DNA of 53,552 nucleotides from a virus. Taxonomy: Duplodnaviria; Caudoviricetes. The stretch spans positions 1 through 53,552 of IMG/VR virus record IMGVR_UViG_3300046656_000217; one strand, written 5' to 3'. The translations under genes were made by a program, and so were the position numbers. This document shows, in pieces, positions 33,419 to 42,915 of the stretch (the stretch's first letter is position 1; the number at the start of each line of letters is the position of its first letter). The notes under the pieces are model-generated. The model had not been told where the DNA came from and ran no database searches. It was given only the letters and a program-made list of their open reading frames with translations.

Positions 33419-36400
33419 CGCGCCGTCTGCTGCTCCAACTTGGCCCGGTCCTGCACCCGCTTGTCGGTCTCCTTCAGCAAGTCCAGCAAGTAACGAGTCG
33501 TCGGATCCAACTCGCCCCGGGTCTTCAACGGGGCGTACACTTCTTCCCGCGACTTGATCCCCGTGTTGCCCCGCAGTTCGTCCTTCACCAACTGCCGCGC
33601 GGCGAGATCCTGTTGGCGGGCGGTGTCAATGTCCGTGACGCGAACCCCGGTCCCCAGGTTGAACAGGGTCGACCCGATGCTCTTGCGCGGGTCGAAGAGG
33701 GTGTCGACGGTGTGCAGCGCCCGAGCGGCCGGCGAGTTCGACGCCAACTCGGTCGCCCCTCGGGCAATGTCGTCCGGGACGAGCCCGCCGAGCCCGAGCA
33801 CGGTGGACGGCTGAAGGTCTTCCAACTTCCGGCCCGAGTAAAGCTGGGTGCCGAACGCCTGCTCGAACGGGAGTTTGAAGAGCGGGTTCGCCTGACCGAT
33901 CCCCTGTTGGAAGGTGCGCTGGACGTCGCCCTTCAGGAACGAGCCGATCGTCTTCAGCGCCTCATCCTCGATCGGCAGACCGAACGACGAGATGTACCGC
34001 TGCTGTCCTTCGGGGGCCCCGGGGATCGGAACGCTCGCCCCCTCCCCCACGAAGGACGGGACGAACTGGCCGGGATCCCGGACGCCGCCGACGAGCCGGG
34101 TCGCCGCGGAGATCTGGCCGGGCTGGGTGACGAGATCTTCGAGGATCGGCGGGAGGTTCTTCCGGCTGAAGGCGTACCACGGGAACACCCGCTTCATGAT
34201 GTTCTTCTCGAACTGAGTCATGTCGGCGTAGTCGATCTGGTACTTCATCGTGGTCAGTTTCGCCTCGGCGGGCCCCATGTCGTGAAGCATGGCCCCCAAG
34301 AAGTGAGTGCCGCGGATCCAGTCCTCGGCCGTGTTGCCCATCTTCTCGCCCTGCTTGAACGGCAGGAACTCCGACCGCGAGCCCGAGCCCACCGGCCGGG
34401 CCAGACTCTCCAACGGGTTCAACTGCTGGAAGACCTTCCCCTTCTCGGGGATGAACCCGGCGCCGAACGTGGCGAGATCCTGTTTGAGCGGCCGGGGCTG
34501 CGCGGCGCCGACGTCCGGCAGACTGCCGGGGAGGAGTCCCGGCCGGCTGACCGCCTCGATCCCGCCGATCCGCTCCCCCACCTGGCCCGATCGGGTGAAG
34601 GCGACGTTGTTGGCGATCAACAGTTCCCGGAACTTCTTGGTCGCTTCCTCCGCGGTCTGGCCGGGGAACAGTTTGGTGATCGTCTCGTCCGACAGGGATC
34701 CGCCGCGGAGCACCCGGAACATGTCTTCGCCGGCCTGCTTCGAGAGCACGCCGGCCCGGCTCATGTTGAAGACGCCGGTCATGAGGTTCCGGACGTGGAA
34801 AGCCGGGAACGGGCTGGTCACGCCGCCCTTGAACAGACTGGCGAACCGATCCCACATGTCGACGACCGGCTTCAGCGACTCGGGCGTCGTCCACGCCTGC
34901 CCGATCCGGAAGAGATCCTTGGCCACGTCCTCGGGGATCGCCAGATCCTTGAGTTGGTTCGGGTTCACCCCGAGCCCGGCCGCGATGCGCTGGTACGACA
35001 CCGGCATCCGACCGCCGACCTTCTGGGTCATCCCGGCCTTCTCCAAGGCTTCCTTGAGCGGGACGGCTCGGACGCCGGCCTGTTGGAGTTGGGTGAGCGG
35101 CACGGCTTGCTGTGTGAGCCCGGTAATCATCGTCTCGCCCGACGCCACCGTCCGGGCCGACTCTAATTGCCTGGCCCGTGCATTCCCCAAGAAGTCGAAG
35201 TTGAACAACCCTTCCTGCCGGGTCTTGTCGGGGACCGCCTTCAGGTAGTCGGCCAGCTTCTTCGCCTGCTTGTTGGCCCCCTTCCACGCCGCGTCGCCCC
35301 ACGGCGTACCGACCCACGCCGCCGGCATACCCTGCGCGGCCGAGCGGCCGGTGAGACTCTGGACGATGTCACTCTGCACCTGAAGGTCCGACTTGAACGC
35401 GGTCCGCCCGGCGCCGGCCATCGTGGGATCCTTGATTAGCCCCTCGATCCCGGCCGTGCCGCCGGGGATGCCGCGGAACATCGGCGCGCGAGCCTCTTGG
35501 AACTGACTGCTCCCGGAGAGACGGGTCGAGATCGCCCGGCCGACGTCGCCCTCTGGGTTCAACGCGGTCCGGGGGAAGTAGTCCGTCGGGAACACCCCGG
35601 CCGGGAACGGCTCGGCCAGACCGGCAGCCTTCGCCTGCTTGTTCGCCAAGAGAGCCCACTGAGGCGTGTCGGTCGCCTCTTTCGAGACGACGCCGGCTGC
35701 CCGCTCGGCGCCGAGCGTCGCCCGGGTCTCGGTCGCCACCCGGTCGCCGATCGCAAGGATGTCTTGAACATCCTGCTGGTTGAACCCGAGCCCGAGCAAC
35801 TTCCCTTGGGCGTCTTGGGTGTACCCCTCGGCGTGCTGGGTGAGAGCCGTCCCGAAGTCGAGCCGCTTGTCGACCGGGATCTGCTTGGCGTAGTCGTCGA
35901 GCGGGGTGAGAGCCGACGCGAAGCGGGCTTCCGCGTCCGCGCGGCCCTGCTTCAAGAGGGGCGTGAACTGGTTCTCGGCGAGGGTCTGGCCCACCCGACC
36001 GCCGGCCTCGGCAACGCGTGTATCGAACAACTGCCGCATTCCGAGATAAGCCTTGTCCCCGAGATTGCCGAGAGCGGTCACCGGGTTGGTCCCGATCGCT
36101 CGCTGGATCGGTCCGCCGATGTACTTCTCGGCCCCGAGTGCCGCTTGGGTCGCCGGGTAGGTCACCGGCTTCCAGAAGTTCTCGGCGATCGCCTGGCCGG
36201 TCGCACCGGTGCCGACGATCTTCCGCGGGGCCCCGAAGAGGGTTTCCTGAAGCGGGATCCCGAAGTCCATCAAGCCGGCCTGCCCCTGGGCGATCCGCTG
36301 GGACAGTTTCGGGGCGAGCGTCCCGGCCCGCGCCGCCGCCTTCCCGCCCTGGGTGAGCGGCCCGATGCCGGCGTAGGTGAGCGGGTCGGTCGCAAGCTCG

Positions 36401-36804
36401 GTCAGAAAGCCGGCTGCCTGGTTCTCTAACGAGTCGTCGCCGCGGGTGGTGATCCCCAAGCTCGCGTTGATGTCGGACCCTTGGACCGCATTCCTCTCCT
36501 GGGTGAGCCCGATCGTGTCCGATCCCGGGAGGAACGACAGGAGTTCCGACGCCGGGGTGCTCCCGCCGGCCAAGAGGTTGAGCCCCGCGCGGACGGACCG
36601 GGCCGGCTTGTCGACCAGCTTGCCGAGATAGGAAACGCCGCCTAGCGATTGGTCGAGCATCCGGGAGAGGAAGTCCGTCTGCTCCTCGGGGGACTGGCCG
36701 GTGCCGGTGTTGTTCGGATCGCCAACCTGCTGCCGCTGGTAGGCGGCTCGACGGTAGGCGTCGGCCGCGACGGGGTCGAGGTAGTCAAGGAAGTCGGTCG
36801 GCAT
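33415..36804 (-). CDS. Large internal virion (ejection) protein, paralog A
   Basis: 1129 aa Ala/Gly/Gln-rich; end of tail operon; 'IDYADMTQFEKNIMKRVFPWYAF' typical of large ejection proteins; shares N-terminal module with paralogs B and C. Confidence 0.7.
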   Translation of the reverse strand: MPTDFLDYLDPVAADAYRRAAYQRQQVGDPNNTGTGQSPEEQTDFLSRMLDQSLGGVSYLGKLVDKPARSVRAGLNLLAGGSTPASELLSFLPGSDTIGLTQERNAVQGSDINASLGITTRGDDSLENQAAGFLTELATDPLTYAGIGPLTQGGKAAARAGTLAPKLSQRIAQGQAGLMDFGIPLQETLFGAPRKIVGTGATGQAIAENFWKPVTYPATQAALGAEKYIGGPIQRAIGTNPVTALGNLGDKAYLGMRQLFDTRVAEAGGRVGQTLAENQFTPLLKQGRADAEARFASALTPLDDYAKQIPVDKRLDFGTALTQHAEGYTQDAQGKLLGLGFNQQDVQDILAIGDRVATETRATLGAERAAGVVSKEATDTPQWALLANKQAKAAGLAEPFPAGVFPTDYFPRTALNPEGDVGRAISTRLSGSSQFQEARAPMFRGIPGGTAGIEGLIKDPTMAGAGRTAFKSDLQVQSDIVQSLTGRSAAQGMPAAWVGTPWGDAAWKGANKQAKKLADYLKAVPDKTRQEGLFNFDFLGNARARQLESARTVASGETMITGLTQQAVPLTQLQQAGVRAVPLKEALEKAGMTQKVGGRMPVSYQRIAAGLGVNPNQLKDLAIPEDVAKDLFRIGQAWTTPESLKPVVDMWDRFASLFKGGVTSPFPAFHVRNLMTGVFNMSRAGVLSKQAGEDMFRVLRGGSLSDETITKLFPGQTAEEATKKFRELLIANNVAFTRSGQVGERIGGIEAVSRPGLLPGSLPDVGAAQPRPLKQDLATFGAGFIPEKGKVFQQLNPLESLARPVGSGSRSEFLPFKQGEKMGNTAEDWIRGTHFLGAMLHDMGPAEAKLTTMKYQIDYADMTQFEKNIMKRVFPWYAFSRKNLPPILEDLVTQPGQISAATRLVGGVRDPGQFVPSFVGEGASVPIPGAPEGQQRYISSFGLPIEDEALKTIGSFLKGDVQRTFQQGIGQANPLFKLPFEQAFGTQLYSGRKLEDLQPSTVLGLGGLVPDDIARGATELASNSPAARALHTVDTLFDPRKSIGSTLFNLGTGVRVTDIDTARQQDLAARQLVKDELRGNTGIKSREEVYAPLKTRGELDPTTRYLLDLLKETDKRVQDRAKLEQQTAR

Positions 36805-36831
36805 GAGATCACCCCCGGGGATGGGGAGATC

Positions 36832-37938
36832 TTACCGCTGTTGAGAGGTTTCCGGGATACCGAGAGTGGATCCAAGCTGCATACCCGACCGGCCGAGCCG
36901 TTTCTGGTACTGCGGGGCCGACTGCCCGATCGCCAGCGCCTTCCGCATTTCTTCCTGCCCGCCCAACAGGTCGAGGAGGTACCGGGTCATCCGGTCCGGT
37001 TCCTGCACGGCCACCGACGGCGCCATCTGGCCGGCGAACGCGGGGATCGGCTGGTTCCGGGCTGCCATCGACGCGAACGGGGCGTCGTGCGTCGTCACCG
37101 CCCCCGGGTCGATCACCACCGGTCGGCCCTGGTACATGCCGACGTTGCCGGCGTGCCTGTCGAAGAAGTCGAGCCCGCGGGTGGCCATGTCCTGCTGCAT
37201 CCCGTGGTAGGCGTCGCGGACGCCCGGCATGTTCACAAGGGGAGTCGACGTCGACTCGCCGAAGGCCGGGGCGAACGGCGTGCGCTCGACGCGAAGGGCG
37301 TTCTTGTACCCGCCGCTGCCGGCGATGTCCGCCGTGCGGGTCGCGGGGAGGACGGCTTGGTCGATCGGCCGGGTTTCGCCACCGAGCGGGGAGAAGGACA
37401 TTCGAGACACGTCACCGCCGGGTGACCGGAACGCGACGGCTTCCGCGCCGCTGCCGAGATACTTGCTCCCTTCCGGGATCTCCTGCAACGCCTTCTCGAA
37501 CCCCGGGTGATTGGAGAGGGTGAGGAACTTGTCCCGGCCGAACTCCGGAAGGCTTTGGAAGAGTTCGGACCGCGTCGTCGCGTACCCGGGTCCGCGGGCG
37601 GCTGCCGCCGCTTCCGCCCCCTTGCCGAGTAACCGACCGCCGAGCCGGCCGGCGAAACCGCCGAGATACGTCGTCGGATCGGTCAAGATGCCGGTCGCGA
37701 GCCCGGCCAGTTCGTCGCCCGTCTCCGAACCAGTCGAGCCGATATGCCGCTTGAACAGGTCCGTACTCGAAATCGCGTTCTGCTGGTGGGTGGTCCCCAG
37801 CGTGTCGGAGAACGGGAGGAACGAAAAGAGTTCGGACGGGTCCGTGCCGCCGCCGCCCAACATGTCGAGCCCGGCCCGAGCCGCGCGGCCCGGCTTGTCG
37901 AGCACGTCACCGATCCAGCCGAGTGCTTCATCGAACAT
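36832..37938 (-). CDS. Internal virion paralog B with protein-kinase-like cargo domain
   Basis: Shared N-module; 'YLGSGAEAVAF', 'DRHAGNVG', 'VVIDPG'. Confidence 0.65.
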   Translation of the reverse strand: MFDEALGWIGDVLDKPGRAARAGLDMLGGGGTDPSELFSFLPFSDTLGTTHQQNAISSTDLFKRHIGSTGSETGDELAGLATGILTDPTTYLGGFAGRLGGRLLGKGAEAAAAARGPGYATTRSELFQSLPEFGRDKFLTLSNHPGFEKALQEIPEGSKYLGSGAEAVAFRSPGGDVSRMSFSPLGGETRPIDQAVLPATRTADIAGSGGYKNALRVERTPFAPAFGESTSTPLVNMPGVRDAYHGMQQDMATRGLDFFDRHAGNVGMYQGRPVVIDPGAVTTHDAPFASMAARNQPIPAFAGQMAPSVAVQEPDRMTRYLLDLLGGQEEMRKALAIGQSAPQYQKRLGRSGMQLGSTLGIPETSQQR

Positions 37939-39316
37939 TGGGGAATCCCTCTCTCGCCGTCTGGTAACTCGCGAGCATCCCGAGCCGGGATGCCGCCGCC
38001 CGCGCCATGGACGGGGCCGAGACGTTGGCCGGGATCGGTGCTTCCGGTGGTGCGATCCACGGCGAGTAGATCTGGTTCTGGTCGAAGACGACCCACTGAC
38101 TACCGGTCGATCCTTCGTGCGGAGCGATCACCGAGTCGTACCCGTGTTCCTTCAGGGCAGCCAGGTACTTCTCGGCCGTGCCGTACGGCGCGTCGGGATG
38201 CGGCTTCGAAAACCGTTCCTTGAGAATGTCGTACGGTCGGTTCGGATCTGGCAATCCCATACCTTCTTGGAGTTTGGTGAGGACCGGGTGCAAGTTCTCC
38301 TCACCGTATCCAGTTCCCCGTAGGTCGAGCGGCTTGCGAACGTCGAGGTATTGCGTTCGCACGCCGGCCGGGTTTTTTAACATGTCGTCGAGTTGCTTCA
38401 TCGCGATCGAACCACGCATCTCCGGGTCGTGCTTTTTTCTGAGATCGTCGATTTGGTAGTAGAGATTTCTCCTGCGGGAGTCCAACAGACCCTCTTGTTC
38501 GGCATGGGCCGGATCGATCGTCGAAGAATACCCGTACCCGGAATCGTGTGGGGTTTTGACGAACTTGGGATTCTCGTAAAGGTACCGCAAATCGTCGGTC
38601 GTGACGCGGTGTTCATGCCAAAGCCGATTCACCGTGTTGTTGGCTTCCTCTGCCGCCGCGTCCATTGCTTCACGCGATCCGCCGAACGCTTCGAGTCCGG
38701 GCTTCGCCTTCTTCAACATGTAATCGACTTGTTCAGACGATGGTCCGGCGTAGCTGCTGGCAAGCTCGGCGTCCGGGGTGACGTAGTACCCGGGGCCGAG
38801 TGTTGAAGCGTCCGCCGTCCCGGCCCTGGCGAAGTCCACCGGCCCTTCGAACGCGGTCTTGGTCCCGTGGTACATCTTGACCGGGTTGCCCGCCGCGTCC
38901 TTGGCGAACGTCTGGCCGGCGATCTCGGCCGGCATGGCACCCTTGGCCAACAGGGATTCCCGGAGTGCGTTGACCGCCTTGGCGCTGGCGATCGCCTCTT
39001 CGTTGGTCTTCACCGCCCTGGAAGCCACCCGGGCGGCTTTCCCGGCCGCACCGAGCCCGATGAGGTTGGTCGGGTCGAGGGCCATTTCCAGCCCGAACCC
39101 GGCAGCCTGGCCGCTGGCGTCCTCGGGCGACAAACCGAACCAGTCGTGTGCCAGATTGGCACCCGAGACCCGGCGGGACGGGTCGGTCAGACCCATAGTG
39201 TCGGAAAACGGGACAAGTGCCGCCAATTCGTCGGGATTTCCGCCAAGTAGACCCCGGAAAGCCCGGCCGGGCTTGTCCAAGGCGTCGGAAAGGTATGAGA
39301 GGGCTTCGTCGAACAC
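37928..39316 (-). CDS. Internal virion paralog C with ADP-ribosyltransferase-like (ART-PolyVal-type) cargo domain
   Basis: Shared N-module; 'MYHGT', 'GPGYYVT...ASSYA', 'YLDVRKP', 'GYDSVI...QWVVFDQNQI'. Confidence 0.7.
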   Translation of the reverse strand: MFDEALSYLSDALDKPGRAFRGLLGGNPDELAALVPFSDTMGLTDPSRRVSGANLAHDWFGLSPEDASGQAAGFGLEMALDPTNLIGLGAAGKAARVASRAVKTNEEAIASAKAVNALRESLLAKGAMPAEIAGQTFAKDAAGNPVKMYHGTKTAFEGPVDFARAGTADASTLGPGYYVTPDAELASSYAGPSSEQVDYMLKKAKPGLEAFGGSREAMDAAAEEANNTVNRLWHEHRVTTDDLRYLYENPKFVKTPHDSGYGYSSTIDPAHAEQEGLLDSRRRNLYYQIDDLRKKHDPEMRGSIAMKQLDDMLKNPAGVRTQYLDVRKPLDLRGTGYGEENLHPVLTKLQEGMGLPDPNRPYDILKERFSKPHPDAPYGTAEKYLAALKEHGYDSVIAPHEGSTGSQWVVFDQNQIYSPWIAPPEAPIPANVSAPSMARAAASRLGMLASYQTAREGFPNVR

Positions 39317-39408
39317 GGGCTTTGCCCTCCAAGGCGTCTATAAGGCCGGCTGGCGCGTCGGAAGTTTTGACCCGGCGGATGGTCCCCGGGGCCGAGATCG
39401 TGGCTTGG

Positions 39409-40890
39409 CTAACGAAGGCCGAGACCGAACGCCTTGTAGACGGACGGGTATTTCGACCGCCGGAGTTCCCGGGCCCGGTCGAGTTCGGCCTGGGACTGGC
39501 TGAACGGGTTGAGCGGGTTCGACTCGTTGCCGCCGGCCCCGAACGGACTGGCTGCCCCGATGTCGAGTTCCGGTCCCTCTTTCAACTGCACCTTCCGGTA
39601 GGGGTCCGAGCCAACCCCGAGCGGGATCCTGCCTTCCTTGGCCAGATAGTTGAACGGCGTACCGGCCAGCGTGAACGTGCCCGGGATCTGGCCCTGTTGG
39701 TTGAGCGGAACCCCCCACTGAGTAGGTCCGTTCTTATTCGCCGACCGGTGCGCGGACATTTCGTCGATCGCGGCTTGCTGAAGGAGTGCCTTCTTGACGT
39801 TCGCTCCGGCCGGGCTGGCTTGGATCCGATTCAGAATGGCGTCCATTTCGTCGGGTGCCAGGTTGGCATCGGCCATCGCCTTCAGGAGCGGAGAGGCGTT
39901 CTGCTGCTGGAAGTCCTGAACGCCACCCTTGGCACCGGGGATCATCTTGCGGTCGGCCCCGAGCCCGCCGCCCATCTGCATATCGGCCGGCAGGACACCG
40001 GCATTTGACGAGAGGAACTGTTCGATCTTCGACAACTGCGCGAGCGACGGCTGGCCCGGGGCCGGAGCACCGCCCTTGTCGACCGTCATGGACTGGTTCG
40101 GTCCACCCAGGTTGAGGAAGTTCCCCGCCACCGAACTACCCGGGAACGCGCTCCGCACTTCCTTCGAGGCGGCGAGAGCCTGTTGAATGCTGGTCGCGTC
40201 CAGCCGGCCGGATCCGCCGAGCGCCCCGAGCAACGTGAGCAACGTCTGGCCCTGCATCGCGTCCGGGTGGAACTTCAGCGAGGCTTCCTTCAGCCGGGCT
40301 TCGTTGTTCATCTGGGCCACGTCGCGGGCGGTCTGGCCCTGCATCGTCTCGGGCAGGATCCCGACCTGGGCCCCGAGCATCCGGTTCGCCGCGTCGCCGC
40401 CCATGTTCGGGGCGTTCGCCTGCTGGTCGAGGAAGAGTTGCCGGATCTGATCCTTCGGCGAGCCGCCGGTCGCACCCCCAACGCCCGCCGGCAGGGTCGA
40501 GCCCGCGTTCGCCATCTTGGTCCCCCAGCCCGAGTACCAGTTCCCGGGCTCGGCCGTGCCGTTCAACGTCTGGACGGATCCACCCAAAGCCGGCGACGGC
40601 GCCAGCCCCGGCAGATCGCCTCGGACGTCGTTCTGAGCCTGCGCGGTCTGATCCGGCACGTTCCGCGGCATCCCGGCGACGCCGGAGTAGGCGCCGCCGC
40701 CCCACAAGCCGCCCGGCAGCATGGACGCGGCCATCGCCCCGGTACCGGCGATCGAGGCCGGGGCGTTGAGCCCGGGACCGAAACCCGGGACGCCGAGCCC
40801 GGCGGCAGCCATCCGCTTCTTCCGCTCCTCTTCGTCGTCCGGCTGCATGAAGCCGGCGTACGGGTTGTAACCTTCGGGTCGCGGGTCCAT
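39409..40890 (-). CDS. Internal virion (ejection) protein
   Basis: Gly/Ala/Gln/Met-rich low-complexity protein in ejection module position. Confidence 0.6.
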   Translation of the reverse strand: MDPRPEGYNPYAGFMQPDDEEERKKRMAAAGLGVPGFGPGLNAPASIAGTGAMAASMLPGGLWGGGAYSGVAGMPRNVPDQTAQAQNDVRGDLPGLAPSPALGGSVQTLNGTAEPGNWYSGWGTKMANAGSTLPAGVGGATGGSPKDQIRQLFLDQQANAPNMGGDAANRMLGAQVGILPETMQGQTARDVAQMNNEARLKEASLKFHPDAMQGQTLLTLLGALGGSGRLDATSIQQALAASKEVRSAFPGSSVAGNFLNLGGPNQSMTVDKGGAPAPGQPSLAQLSKIEQFLSSNAGVLPADMQMGGGLGADRKMIPGAKGGVQDFQQQNASPLLKAMADANLAPDEMDAILNRIQASPAGANVKKALLQQAAIDEMSAHRSANKNGPTQWGVPLNQQGQIPGTFTLAGTPFNYLAKEGRIPLGVGSDPYRKVQLKEGPELDIGAASPFGAGGNESNPLNPFSQSQAELDRARELRRSKYPSVYKAFGLGLR

Positions 40891-40931
40891 GAGTCACCTT
40901 TCCAAAAGCGGACGGATACCGGCCGGGATCT

Positions 40932-41555
40932 TTACACAAGGCCGGCGAGTTGAGCCAGCAACCCTTGGACGCCCTGCATCTGGGTCTGCCGGCGGCGGAT
41001 GTCGGTGTCTTCGCCCTGGGCCCACTGGTTCTCGGCCAAGGCGTCGGTCCGGTACGTCGAGTCGGCGTTCGCCTGGGCGTACTGCATCGGGAGTTCCCGG
41101 GTGGTCCGGGCGTTCTCCCCGATGTTGGCGATGCCGAGTTGCGTCATCTGCGCCTGCATGGCCGGGCTCGACCCGCCGAACCCGCGGCCGGCACTCGACG
41201 AGCCGAGTTGCCGCATGAGCGTCTGGTACCGGGCATCGTTCCCGGCCACCCCCGAGTTGACTTGCTGCTGGATCTGGTCCGGGGTGAAGATCGGCCCCCG
41301 GGTGATCGACGGCTGCGGCTTGGTCGCCCCGCCGACCTGTCCGAACTGCCCGAGCATCGACGTCGCGTACGGGAAGAGTTGGTTGAAGGCGCCCTGCTTG
41401 GCGGCGAACTTCGCCTTGTCCAAGTCCATCGTGTCGCCAAATTCCTTCTTCCTCTGCTGCAACGCCATGTAGGCGTCCGGATCCGAGACCGGCGTGTTCG
41501 AATAACCCATCCGGGCCCCGAGCGCCGGATTCGCCCCTTGAAACAACATCGGCAT
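40932..41555 (-). CDS. Small internal virion (ejection) protein
   Basis: Gln/Gly-rich, 'AGRGFGGSS' pattern typical of DNA-transfer proteins. Confidence 0.6.
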   Translation of the reverse strand: MPMLFQGANPALGARMGYSNTPVSDPDAYMALQQRKKEFGDTMDLDKAKFAAKQGAFNQLFPYATSMLGQFGQVGGATKPQPSITRGPIFTPDQIQQQVNSGVAGNDARYQTLMRQLGSSSAGRGFGGSSPAMQAQMTQLGIANIGENARTTRELPMQYAQANADSTYRTDALAENQWAQGEDTDIRRRQTQMQGVQGLLAQLAGLV

Positions 41556-41614
41556 GATTTACTCTCCCAGCGTTGCGGACAGTTTACCACGATAAGACAG
41601 GAAAAGGAGAAGCG

Positions 41615-42370
41615 ATGCCCGACGCCAACGGAAATCTGATCCCCGGTGACCCCACCCCGACGGCTTGCACCAAAGTCGGACTGATCGTTCCGGGACTGCT
41701 AAAGGACGACGGCGGGGTCATCGCCCGGTCGACCGCCCACCCCGAATTTCATGGCCGTGTGTGGACCGCTTCGTTCGTCCTCGGCGAGTTCCGCGACGCA
41801 CTCAAGGCGGGCGGCTTGGACATTTGCAACGAGTCGGAGATCGCGGCCGGGAAGACCTTGAGCCTGTCGATCAAGAAGTTGCCGGTCCTGGCACCCGTTA
41901 CCTACGTCACCGATTACTCCGCACAATCGGCGTCGCCGTTCCCGATCGTCCAAATCGTACCCGGCTGCAACGTGGTCGGCATGATCGGAGTCGATCCCGG
42001 GTTTCCGCCGTTTCACCTGCCCTTTTGCAAGATCAACGCGATGGGATACGCGGCTTGGCGTGTCATCAAGTCGATCAGCACGGAAGGGGGCCCGTTCGTC
42101 CAGACGATCATTCTCTCGGGGACGGTCAGCCTGACGACCGGCGAGTGTCTTGCCCTGCCGGCCAGCGTCTTCGACAGTCGCGTCGCGATCGGTGCGCCGA
42201 CCGGCTTCCTTCAGGCTTTGGTCATGTATCACGTCCAGCTTTCCGGCGACGGAACGACGTGGGACGCATTGCCGACGTCGTTCTCGCCACCGTTCCCCCC
42301 GCGCAACTGCGCCCTCGGGAGCGGCGGCGATCCGTGCCCGACGCACGGGCCCGGTAGTCCGTGGCACTAA
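41615..42370 (+). CDS. Hypothetical beta-rich protein in opposite orientation within the virion operon
   Basis: AAGGAG SD before MPDANG; fills the gap between minus-strand genes. Confidence 0.55.
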   Translation: MPDANGNLIPGDPTPTACTKVGLIVPGLLKDDGGVIARSTAHPEFHGRVWTASFVLGEFRDALKAGGLDICNESEIAAGKTLSLSIKKLPVLAPVTYVTDYSAQSASPFPIVQIVPGCNVVGMIGVDPGFPPFHLPFCKINAMGYAAWRVIKSISTEGGPFVQTIILSGTVSLTTGECLALPASVFDSRVAIGAPTGFLQALVMYHVQLSGDGTTWDALPTSFSPPFPPRNCALGSGGDPCPTHGPGSPWH

Positions 42371-42915
42371 GGCAGGTAAATGGGGACCAGCATTCGGAGC
42401 GAAGTGATCGCGTTCCCGGCACCGATCGCGCACCAGACGAGACAGTGTGTTCCCGCGGGGATCGTCTCGGCCGGGTCGATCTGCCCTTGGAAGCACGGGA
42501 AGGTTCCGAGCGGCGTCCCGCTCGTCGGATCGGTGATCCAACAGAGTACGTTGTAAGTCTGCCCGCTCCCGGAAACCACGATGCCGTAGAGCATGACCGG
42601 GAACTGCGGGGCGAGCGCGGCCGGCGGGGGCGTCGACGGGAACGTCGTCTGGGCCGGCGGCAGCCCGCCCCCTCCCCCGCCGCCACCGCCGGAGAACGGC
42701 GGCACGGTCGCACCCGGGAATGGAACGATGGTAAGGGCCGGGACGTCCGGCGCCGTCTGGCGGATGGTGAGCGGCCCGTCGACCGTCTGCCCGTCGGGGT
42801 GCTCGGCCCCGAAGATCGAGATGAGGTTTTCGGCCAACCGGCGTGCGCCACCCGGCCCCGGGTACTTCTCCCGGAGAATGCTGTCGAGTTCTTCGTCGGT
42901 GAGGATCGACGCCAT
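42367..42915 (-). CDS. Putative tail protein with Gly/Pro linker
   Basis: Start re-called at MASILT, coupled to nozzle gene stop. Confidence 0.55.
   Translation of the reverse strand: MASILTDEELDSILREKYPGPGGARRLAENLISIFGAEHPDGQTVDGPLTIRQTAPDVPALTIVPFPGATVPPFSGGGGGGGGGLPPAQTTFPSTPPPAALAPQFPVMLYGIVVSGSGQTYNVLCWITDPTSGTPLGTFPCFQGQIDPAETIPAGTHCLVWCAIGAGNAITSLRMLVPIYLP

Noticed and set aside
33187-35166. Long antisense ORFs (this 659-aa one, also 1942-3141, 3083-4327, 18660-19742, 48975-50585)
   Set aside because: Shadow ORFs opposite well-supported genes in GC-rich DNA; low-complexity, mostly Arg/Pro/Gly-rich, without motifs.
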